Part shown: positions 11,764 to 22,159 of the stretch, piece after piece | Numbering within the stretch: the stretch's first letter is position 1 | Layout: every line of letters starts with the position of its first letter | Made by a program: the position numbers and the translations under genes | Assembly (NCBI RefSeq): GCF_006345805.1 | Contig: NC_042998.1 | Location: 45,570,001 to 45,634,000, forward strand | Source: Octopus sinensis | Taxonomy: Eukaryota | Direction of reading: 5' to 3' | Length of the DNA stretch: 64,000 nucleotides | Notes under the pieces: model-generated | Database searches by the model: none | What the model was told of the DNA's origin: nothing | Seen by the model: the letters and a program-made list of their open reading frames with translations, nothing else

Positions 11764-11831
<68 letters not shown>
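11531..11831. repeat. Compound tetranucleotide microsatellite (TATC/TGTC/CGTC/CATC)
   Basis: Read directly from the sequence. Confidence 0.95.
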
Positions 11832-12085
11832 GAGAGTATATGTGGTTATGTATATGCCTTTAGTCCCTCGCCCCCGAAAGGCTCTGAAACGGTGCGTCCT
11901 CGAAAACAAACGAATTTGGTTTTGAAATCTGTGTTCCAAAGAGAAGGCTGTTCGTAAATAATAATCAAAAAAATATAAATTGCTACGAGAAATAACTCAA
12001 TTTTTACACCGACAAATCTCTTACTCTTGCTAACCATCAAGCTCTCTCTTCTCTCTCTTTTACGCCTTTCCCTCTCTCTGTTACC

Positions 12086-12123
<38 letters not shown>

Positions 12124-12612
12124 GTATTATCTCTGGCGCATTGCTTTCGTTTTGTTTAAAACTTCGTTTTGTTATATTTACTTTCATTCTATGTTACACA
12201 GCTATCGCGCACAAAATGTTTAGCTTCCAAATCCAGTTTTTTTATTGGAACATATTTCTAAAGTCACAAAATCGGATTCAGCGAAAAAAAAGGAAAAAAA
12301 CCCAAAATTCTATATCAATATACCAAATTTGAAAGTTTTCACTTGCTTTTTAAAGTTTCAGTATCTGTGACAAGCAACAGAAAAGATCACTCTCTATTTG
12401 TCTATCTCTTTCATATTTCGCTTTTCTTATTGTAAGTTTCCCGCTCTCTCTATATATTTACCATACTCCCTCTCAATATTTCCCTATATGTACATCGCGC
12501 TGTGTGCGTACGTGTATGAGTGTGTTCGTGTGTGTAAAGAATTTCAGTAAGGCGACAAGGTGATTTAAAGAAGGTCTGTAAAAGCTAATTCATTTGACAG
12601 AATACTTTTCTG

Positions 12613-12841
12613 GGTATTACTTAAGAAGAGTGGTCCCTGTGCGCGCACTCGCATAGTCGCGCATCCGCACTAGCTAGTTGTGACTACAACGACTCCCTGG
12701 CAAACTAAATAAAACACAAAATAAATAATTTTCTAAACAAAGCAAATAAAATACAAAAGCACAAAGTTAGGATCGACTAGGTAGCGCGGATGCGCGACTA
12801 CGCGAGTGCGCGCATCGGGACCACTCTTTTTAAGTAGTACC
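12613..12841. mobile_element. Merlin-type MITE with about 65-bp TIRs
   Basis: GGTA...TACC termini, long imperfect TIRs and 8-bp TSD cttttctg (12605-12612, 12842-12849). GG termini with 8-9 bp TSDs are typical of Merlin/IS1016. Confidence 0.75.
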
Positions 12842-14013
12842 CTTTTCTGTCAGTAAATCTTTTTTCTTACACACACACGCACACACACACACACATCAAT
12901 CGCTTGATGGGGAAGGGGTAAATCTTTAAATTACATTTTTTTTTGTTGTTGCTTAAAAAAAATTATTTTTTTAAAAATTACGTTTCATTTTCTGTTTAAA
13001 AATAAAGGAAGTGGAGATTGTAATGCTGATCGCCAATATCAAATGTCTTTTTTTTTTTACCCTCAAGGCTTCTCCCATCGTTTTTAAGTGCAGAGGCGAA
13101 AAAGAATCGAACAAAATCGGTCCAGAAGTGTTTCCAAATTTTTTTTCTCCATAAAAAGCTCATCGTCATTTGTAAGGGTATGGATAAAAAATTTTAAAAA
13201 ATTCCCGCTAAGGTATTCTATTGCGAAATTTGCCCGGTGACGACGGGATACTCAGCTAGTGCGTGCGCGCGCGTGTGTATGTGTGTGTGTGTGTGTGTTT
13301 AAACAAGTAGAAGTATGTGTTTATAAACATGTAGAAGTGTGTGTATTTATATATATATAAACAAGTGCACCTGAGCACTGTATACAATAATTTCATTATT
13401 ATTAAGTAGAAGGATACTCGTACAAACATACATATATGTGTGCATGTACATTTTTTCTTCAATTGTAAAAAAACGCATGGGCGTATGAGCACAGCCTGGA
13501 TTTCGACTGAGGTTTTCAACAATGAAAAGTGATCTACTTAATACTGGATTTGCGGAAAACACTAAACACCGAGGTTAATGTTATTAATAATTAGATTCGC
13601 AGTTTGGGGTTTTTCCGAATTTATCGAAACCAGCACTGTTAGACACAGAAATGATCGAAAAGCAATTTTGACCCAATTCAATTAAATCAACTACCAGTCA
13701 GTTATGTTACTAAGCCGGTTATTTATGCATTGTTGCAAGCAAATTTCACTACATTTGAAACTGCACCCTCCTTGCACCACAATGAATCAACAGCAAGTGA
13801 TCCTCAAACAATATAGTGAAAAAAGTATTTTAAGGTGCGGCAAAGAAGTAAAATATACAATTTAAGGCTTTAGGAAATCGATACTAATGGTTCGGTATCT
13901 TGAAAAACGAGTTATCCCTAATTTTGTTATATACAACAACTATGCTTAATAGAATAAAACAAGCAATAATTTTCCTATGTTCTTTTTTTTTTCTGAATTA
14001 TAACTATATTTTA

Positions 14014-14390
14014 CTAGCAGTATCGTTCAGCGTTGCTCGGGTTTGTTTCGACCCTTTAGAATTGGAATTTTTGAAAAGTAAAAATCTTGCATTATGTGGC
14101 TTGTGAACATTTTTCTGGTTGAAATACACCAAAAAATGGCGACACAGCAGTCAAAAAATCGTAAAAAATAGGGATTTTCATAGAAAAAAAATCACCTTTT
14201 TGATGTAAATAATTTTTGGCGTTAACATGATCCGATTTGAATTTTTTCTTCTACGGAAGGAAGAACAAGCCTTCTTCTATCATACTCTCAATTTTGGCCA
14301 ACTTGCGCCGTAGGGTCTCGGAGGAGATAGTGTTAGTTGAAGGCTACCAAACCTGCCACACACAGACAACTTCAGCTTTATATATAGAGA
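14014..14390 (-). mobile_element. Non-autonomous Helitron, family 2
   Basis: Minus strand has 5' TC, a subterminal hairpin and CTAG-3', inserted between A and T. Near-identical to 47952-48350 and 63687-64000. Confidence 0.85.
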
Positions 14391-15249
14391 TTTGTTTGTC
14401 ATTGAACTACGGCCATGTTGGGGCATCGCTTTGAAGGGTTTAGCCGAACAAATCGACCCTAGTACTTCTTTTTTTCTAAAGTTTGGTACTTATTCTCTTG
14501 ATCTCTTTAAAAAGAGACCAAGGAATAAGTACCGAATCGATAAAATGCGTGGACGTAAACAAACCAACACCGGTGTGTCAAGTAGTGGTGGGGAGGACAA
14601 ACACACATGACAGGTTTCTTTCAATTTCTGTCTACCACATCCACTCACAGGGCTTTGGTCAGCCCGGAGCTATAGTAGAAGTTACTTGTCCAAGGTACCA
14701 CGCAGTGGGACTGCACCCGGAACTATGTAGTTGGTAAGAAAATTTCTTGCTACGCCTAAACATTTTATATGAAGTGCGCCAGTAAGTTTAAAATTTCTAT
14801 GTACTAGTGACTTTTTTGTTCGATCTTCAGTATGCAACGAAGTCAAAAGTATTGAGAACCATTGCTCTAAACCGTCGTTCAACCTGCTATAATCTTCCTA
14901 AAAGCTAAAATCTTCATAAAAGTATGCCATTCCATCTTGAAAAGGGAAGGAAATATTGGATAAGAGGCATGGCGATAGAAGTGCCCCCCCCCCATCCGAA
15001 TTTGATTCCTCATGACTTTCTGAGAATGGATTTTTTTTAATGAAACTTTCTACAAATATCTTCAAGGTGGTATAGATTACGACCATATCAAATATTTGTC
15101 GTAAAAAAACTTTTTCAGAGTTGGTTAGGTGGGGATGGAGTTTTGGATAATTCATATGCTTCGACTTTGTTTGATCTTAACTTTCAGAAAAATGGGTATT
15201 TATTTTAAAAAATTTCTACAAATACTTTTTCAGATGGCGTAGATTACTA

Positions 15250-16920
15250 TTAGGTTGTTAAGAAAGTTCTTGCGGTTTTTAACCTTTAAATTCAGATGCA
15301 CATATCTGGGCTCAAACAAAACTTAATTAATCGAAATAAACACCATCAGAATCAGCACACTTTTGCCAACGCGAAACAAGTTTATTTATACCAGTAGCGT
15401 AAACATCCTGTGTTCTGGTGGCGATAAAGACGTTGAAGGCGTATTTGACATCGTCTTGGTTTTTGAAGCATTTCTCACGCAGGAAGTTGTCGAGATGCTT
15501 GGAAAAGTGGTAGTCGGTAGGCGAGAGGTCTGGTGAGTATGGCAGATGAGGCAGAGTTTCGTAGCCCAATTTGTTCAACTTCTGCAGGGTCAGTTGTGCG
15601 ACGTGCAGTCGAGCGTTGTCGTGGAGAAGAATTGGTGTTTTCCTATTGACCAATGCTGGCTGTTGTTGTCGGAGTTTCTTTTGCATTTCATCCATTTGCT
15701 GACAGTACTTCTCCGCCGTAATGGTTTCGCCTGGATCCAAAAAGCTGTGATGGATGAGACCGGCCACAGACCACCAAACAGTCACCATGACTTTCTTTTG
15801 GTGCAACTTTGGCTTCGGGAAGTGCCGAGGAGCTTCGCCAGCGTCCAACCACTGAGCTGAACGTTGCCGGTGGTCGTAAAGAATCCACTTTTCATCGCAA
15901 GTCACAATCCGGTCAAGAAACGGGGCGTTCTTGTTGCGTGAAAGAAGGGAAGACGACACTTCAAAACGGTTTTTTTTTTTGGTTATTGCTCAATTCATGC
16001 GGCACCCATTTCTCAAGTATTTTTGTTTTTCCAATCTCTTTCAAGTGGGTGGAAATTGTCATACACGTTACGTCTAATTCAGAAGCAAGCTTTCAAACAG
16101 TTGTGCGTGGATTGGCTTCGAATAAGGCTCTTAGTTGATCGTTGTCAACATCCGATGGCCGACCACTACGCTTATCATCTTCAAGACTCTCGTCACCACT
16201 ACGAAATTTCTTGAACCACCATTGTGCTGTACATTCATTAGTGGTTCCTGGACTAAACGTATCATCGATTCGCGAGCTGTTTCAGCAGCTTTTCGGCCTA
16301 GCTTGAACTGGAATAAGAAAATTGTGCGAATTTGCTTTTTGCCCATGTTGTACTCAACTTTCCGGGGGAAAATGGCTTAATTATTCAAAAAGAAAACGAG
16401 TAACACGATTAGATAGAGCGAAAAACGGGATTTAAAATCTTTATATATAAAAGAGAGGCTGTGTGTCTGTCTCCTACGATTTAGATTCCTAACTACTCCC
16501 ACATTTTGCCGTGCAGTTTAACCAAAACCGGGTATCTTATAGTCGTGATTCATATCGAGCTCTTCTGGGTATTAGCGCGCGTCTACGATGAGTCTACGAT
16601 TTAAAAAATAATTTACCATCATTTTTTTCACTTTAATGCATTTTTCGCTATTATATAAGGGAAGTAACTCTCTAAAAATGTCTAAGATGAGTCAATGATT
16701 TAAAAAAAATTTACCATAATTTTTTTCCCCTTTTTAATGCATTTTTTGCTATTTTTTGGCTATAACTCTCTAAAAATGCTTATATAGTTATTTCCCTTAC
16801 AAACCCGAGCATACGCCGGGCGATACTGCTAGTTATATATAAAGTCAAAGTAATTTATTTGAAAATACATCATTCAAAACCAAAATTTAAAATTCCGCAA
16901 GAACTTTCTTGACAACCTAA
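15250..16920 (-). mobile_element. Mariner DNA transposon (Hsmar1/cecropia-like, D,D34D), inactive, interrupted by a Helitron
   Basis: ITRs ttaggttgt(t/c)aagaaagttcttgcgg with TA TSDs (15248-15249, 16921-16922). Catalytic motifs TCDEKW, HDNA and [10 protein letters not shown] lie in ORF 15327-15959. The N-terminus MGKKQIRTIFLFQFKLG at 16346 is separated by a frameshift and a stop. Confidence 0.95.
16438..16832 (+). mobile_element. Non-autonomous Helitron, family 1, inside the mariner 5' UTR
   Basis: 5' TC, hairpin cccgagc..cgccggg, CTAG-3', A|T target. Related copies at 51399-51793 (+) and 61127-61764 (-). Confidence 0.9.
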
Positions 16921-18229
16921 TATTATATTGGAATTTGATGTGAAAAAAAAAATGGAGGCAGGCGCGGATATTTCTTGCACTTCAACTTTGTTTCCTCATA
17001 CGTTTTCATGATGTAGTTTACAATTATGTCGAGAAAATAATTACATTCGTATCGAGATGTGTGAATTATTCGAAACTCTTCCTCTCCCTCGACACCCTCC
17101 GCAGAAAATTTTCACCACGATATAATCGTCACCGACAGCACTTGAAAGGATTTTGCAGAAAACTTCATTAAAAAAATATCAATTTTTCAGAAATTTATGA
17201 GGAAACAAAGTCATTGAGGCTCAATTCTGTAGTTGTGTCGGATGAGGTAGTCAAAGATACATAGTATCTGAGAGTTGGATGGGATGCTTATGGCTGGAAT
17301 GACCTTGATCATAGCTATGCTCATTAGGGCTTACCTAGAGTTAAAGAACAATACGAAGATTTACTAGAATATAATACAAGGAACTATTTAACTATATCTA
17401 GTTAAGTCGAACAGTGTTACATAATTTGTTGTTTTCATTCAAAGCGAAGGTCAATTACACTGAGGAGCCTGTGAAGTTAACTATCACTCTAAATTGATAA
17501 ACCTCAACATACTAACTGTATAAATGCGCGCACGTTGTGTGTGTATGCATGTGTGTGCTTAGGTTTGTGAGTGTCTCCGTGTTTATGTGTGTGTTAGCAC
17601 ATATTTTCGTTGCAAGTAAGAATCAATTCATGGACACATTGACTTCAACTTCTACTCCACGCATTGAACTACATAACAAAATGTAATGGAACTAATGTCT
17701 TTCATCGCTCTTCATAACAATGTTGTAATATCAAAGCTATTGGTTTAGTGTTAGGTATTTTTAGCCTTAATTTTAACCTCATCGTAGCAAGACATTTTCT
17801 TTTAATGTTTGAATACAAATTCGTTTCAGATTGGAGGAATTTTATATTATTGCGGACCTCGACTCGTTGTTGATGTTGCTTAACCCTAATTCATTCCCCA
17901 CCATAACCGATCTACGAACTTAAGGCATTTCCTCCGTGAAGATCCAGTCCCCCCCCCCAAGGCACAGTGCCCTATTGACATTATTTATAAGTGTCCTTTT
18001 ATAAGGTGGTAGGATAACTTGAGAAAAAGTTGTATGTAATATATCGCAGGAGGAACTACCGCATAAGAGTTGCCATCGTTGGTCGGAGGACTTTGTTCTT
18101 ACTGTGTAATGGAAGTCAGTTTTGATCGAGCATTGACTGCGACACGCGAATGGTCCACAGAACGGCAATCTGCAACTCAGCGCCTTGGTATCGAAAACCG
18201 CTTATGATACTGCTTGCCCTAGAATAAAG

Positions 18230-18259
18230 ATGGCGAACTTTGTTAGTTCTGAAGCGAAG
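18230..18259 (+). other. Candidate short 5' exon or uORF (MANFVSSEAK) in a CpG-retaining promoter-like region
   Basis: AAGATGGCG start context (YY1-like motif), followed by AAG|gtacaa donor. No homology evidence. Confidence 0.3.
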
Positions 18260-20383
18260 GTACAAAATAGAGGTATAATCTAATTAAGAGCATTGGACTT
18301 ATTATATTCACTAAAACCACAAAAAGGATACTGAGAACTAAATATAACAGTGGTGGTACGGCGAAAGGGAATCTCCATCCACGAGCGCATATGTGAAAGG
18401 TCGCAAAATATCCTCTTGCTTATCAAAATTATCATCACAAGGTATTTGAGAACCCTTGCCACGCCACTGATGAGGATCTAATTAAGGTGTAAAAAAAACT
18501 GAATGCTAAACCTCTTAATCACTAATATAGCTATCTCACATATCTAATATTACTGAAGCTCTTATCACAAAAACTAGGTAGGCTTCCCCTTTATCGAAGC
18601 TTTGTCTTATTGAAAATATTTCCACCCTGCTCTGTTGCAGAAATTTTATGAAAGCTCAATACACTGGAGTACATCTCATATATAATCGTCTGCTAATGTC
18701 AAACAAGTACCAGTAAACATCTTGGACTGCAAACAAAAGTCTATTCAACTGGCTGGTAAATTTTCGTTCATGAACACTCTCCAACCACAGGCTCTTCTAC
18801 CTGCATGGATAACTGCTGCTCTAAACTAATGTCTATTTCTTCATCCAGTCAACTATACTGTGCTGTATAATTAAAAATTTAAAGCGGAATAAATTGTATT
18901 GACTTGTACGTGCTGTTTTTGAAGGAGTTACGAGAAGTTATATATTGTAACTTCTCGACATACCAAAATGTCAGCTAGGAATATATTAAACAAATCGGGA
19001 TTTTTTTGTTGTTGTTAATTTTAGTATTTTTATTTCGAATATGTTGTTAATTTAGATTTGGAAACCTGAATGAGAACATGAATCTATGGCAATTATTAAC
19101 GCGAAACCCACCCCTTTCAAAACTGCATCATTCTAGAATTCTCTGTCTTCCACTTCTACAAATTTTTGTCTTTCAAATCATCATTAAACCATTCCAATCA
19201 CATGCATCCATTCATCTCCAACCTTTCACTTCAGGAAAGCTATCTCAGACTGTGTGAAACGTCCTTTTTTCTGGGTCATCAAAAAATTATGATTCGTATT
19301 CGGAATTTGGTTGTCAACAAACGGTTAAAAATAAGCGACCTAACCAATACAAGTTATTAAAACATGGGTTTTTTTTTACAGTTTAAGAATTCCGACACAA
19401 ATGTCTACTCATATATTTGTTGGAATTTTAATTCTTTGTTTTTTATTCCTTATCTCTTACGTGTTTCAGTCATAAGATTGCGGCTATACTTGTGTACCGC
19501 CTTGAAGGGTATTAGTCGAACAACTCGATCCCAGCACTTATGGTTTTTTTAAAGTCTAGTATTATTCTATTTGACTCTTTTGCCTAATTGCTAAGTTGCA
19601 TGGACGTAAACAAACCAGCATCGGTTGTCAAGCGGTAGTGAGGTACAAGCAAGTACACACACACACACACACACACTCAACGCTTCTTTCAATCTCCATC
19701 TACCAAATCCACTCAGAAGGCTTTTATCGGCCCGGGGCTACTGTAGAAGTCCTACTGCGTGGTCCAAGGTGCCACGTAGTAGGACGGAGAAGTAAATTAT
19801 TTCGAACCAAAAATTAAGTACATTTGAGGAGAAATGTTTGGAAAATAGTTTGTATTCATCATTTTTATTTCTAGAAACAGGCTGTTTCGAGAAGCGCAAT
19901 AAGATCTATTGCTTTTGCACGCGACTGAAGAATATCTTGAGTTCTGTAACGTGCTTATAAGTCATTTGACTGTCACATTCAAACTGCCATCGACTTCAAC
20001 GGTTTATTGTTTTATAGTTTAATATTAATGATGACTACTTTTGATATTTGTATCAGTTTTACATTGATTTCAAGCGAGAACCAGAGAAAAGCAAAACAAA
20101 AAAATGTCAAGAATGTAAACGATTCTCTAAAATACTAAAACGTTAAAAAAACGCAAAAACAAAAACATACAAAATCAAACGATTTTACTTTTAAACAACA
20201 AAACGAATTTTATATCTATTATTATTTTATTTTAGTAATTCTATACATCGTCATAAACCTTTCTTCACATGTACGCATACTTTTTAATACATACATAATA
20301 TACATATTTTATATATAAATATTATTGCACGCCCCAAAAAGATCGTCCATGTATTTTCTATTATAAACAATCGACTTCAATAT

Positions 20384-20594
20384 ATGAAAACGACACAAAA
20401 CATGATTCATCCTATTCACGGAAATACACAATTTGAAACGAATTCGACTTCAGAATCTCTGAATAATCAACATCGACTGTACATTGATGACATTAATACT
20501 CAAACATCGATGCGAAAGTTTCGGAGGAAACAACGTTCTCTGTCTGTTCAAATGAACAAGACAGAGAAAGCAATTGACGATAAATATGTTCCCG
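20384..20594 (+). CDS. Probable first coding exon of the SoxH/Sox30-like gene
   Basis: Non-repetitive ORF MKTTQNM...DDKYVP with an upstream in-frame stop at 20285. The CCCG|gtaaat donor is phase 1 and joins the phase-1 acceptor at 35444 without a stop (P-G-T-K-L). Confidence 0.6.
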
Positions 20595-21160
20595 GTAAAT
20601 ATATTTATCATTTCCCTTCCCTACCCTTTTTTCTCTTTTGATTTCTTCATATTTTTTTTCTTTATATTCTTTCATAAAACCCAAACTTCTATAGAAATAG
20701 TGAAATTTTTTTCCGTATGTAATTTAAACCTTCACTACCTATGGAAGTGGAAAAAGAAGTGCAGTGACCGAAAGGTCAAAGTACTAATTGGGTAAAGGGG
20801 AAATTTAAAAAAAAATCAATTGCTTTGTTTTAATAGCTCGGCGCAGACATGACTGTGGTTAAGAAGTTTGCTTTCCATCCACGTGGTTTCTGGTTCAGTC
20901 CCATTGCGTGACATCTTGGGCAAATGTCTTCTACTGTAGCCATGAGCCAACCAAAGCCTTTTGAGAGGATTAGTAAGACAAACTGAAAGAAGCCCGTTAT
21001 ATACATATATTTCTATGTGTTTGTGCCTCCTTATCTTGATATCGTGATAGTTTTAAACGAGTGTCGCTATCATACAATCGATATCATTGTTTCCAATCTT
21101 CCATGAACACATGACCAGCCATGGAGAAATATTATCTTGCTTGGAAAGAGAAAGGATATA

Positions 21161-22050
21161 CATCATCATCATCATCATCATCATCGTTTAACGTCCGCTT
21201 TCCATGCTAGCATGGGTTGGACGGTTCAACTGGGGTCTGGCAAGCCCGAAGGCTGCACCAGGCCAGTCAGATCTGGCAGTGTTTCTACAGCTGGATGCCC
21301 TTCCTAACGCCAACCACTCCGAGAGTGTAGTGGGTGATTTTATGTGCCACCGACACAGGTGCCAGACGAGGCTGGCAGACGGCCACGCTCGGATGGTGTT
21401 TTTTATGTGCCACCGACACAGGTGCCAGACGAGGCTGGCTGACGGCCACGCTCAGATGGTGTTTTCTTATGTGTCACCGACACAGGTGCCAGACGGGGCT
21501 GGCGGACGGCCACGCTCGGATGGTGTTTGTTACGTGCCCTCAGCACGGAGGCCAGTCGTTGCGGTACTGGCTACGATCACGTTCGGATGGTTTTCTTATG
21601 TGCCACCGGCACTGGTACCACAAGGATACAAATTCCATTGATGTTCATCTATTTTGATTTGGTTCGATTTGATTTGATTTGATTCGATTCTCACTTGCCT
21701 CAACAGGTCTTCACAAGTGTCACAAGAAGGAAGGTATGCACAGGTGGACTGACTACGTCCCAGGTAGGGGCCACGGATTATGGCTTCACTAGTCTTGCCG
21801 GGTCTTCTCACGCACAGCATACTTCCATAGGTCTCGGTCTCTAGTCATTTCCATGGTGAGACCTAACGTCCGAAGGTCGTGCTTCACCACTTCGTCCCAG
21901 GTTTTCCTGGGTCTACCTCTTCCACGGGTTCCCTCAACTGCTAGGGATTGGCACTTTCTCACACACCTATCTTCATCCATTCTCGCCACATGACCATACC
22001 AGCGCAATCGTCTCTCTTGCACACCATAGAAATTCTGTTTTGACAAATTC
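21161..22050 (-). mobile_element. RTE-clade LINE 3' end: RT C-terminus plus long 3' UTR with about 60-bp internal repeats and (GAT)n tail
   Basis: ORF 21789-22046 reads RRLRWYGHVARMDEDR...RGRGRPRKTWDEVV, a typical RTE C-terminus. The (cat)n at 21161 is the reverse-complement tail. Confidence 0.85.
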
Positions 22051-22115
22051 CGTCTGAGTACGGAGAAGTGAACATTAAAACGACGAGGACGATGATGGTG
22101 ATGTTTTTTCTACAG

Positions 22116-22159
22116 TGCCATTTAATTTAAACAAGCAGGATTATGTAACTTGTCCAAAG
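22116..22159 (+). other. Candidate 44-nt cassette exon in Sox intron 1 (frame-shifting)
   Basis: Acceptor ttttttctacag| and donor AAG|gtaggt. Open in phase 1 (VPFNLNKQDYVTCPK) but exits in phase 0. Confidence 0.35.

Noticed and set aside
11443-11957. Three overlapping long ORFs (160, 166 and 102 aa)
   Set aside because: Translation of a tetranucleotide microsatellite ([12 protein letters not shown] repeats).
21204-21657. Recurrent ORFs MLAWVGRFNWGL... (also 27911-28351 and 40848-41423)
   Set aside because: Antisense reading of the RTE 3' UTR and its 60-bp repeats, not a gene family.
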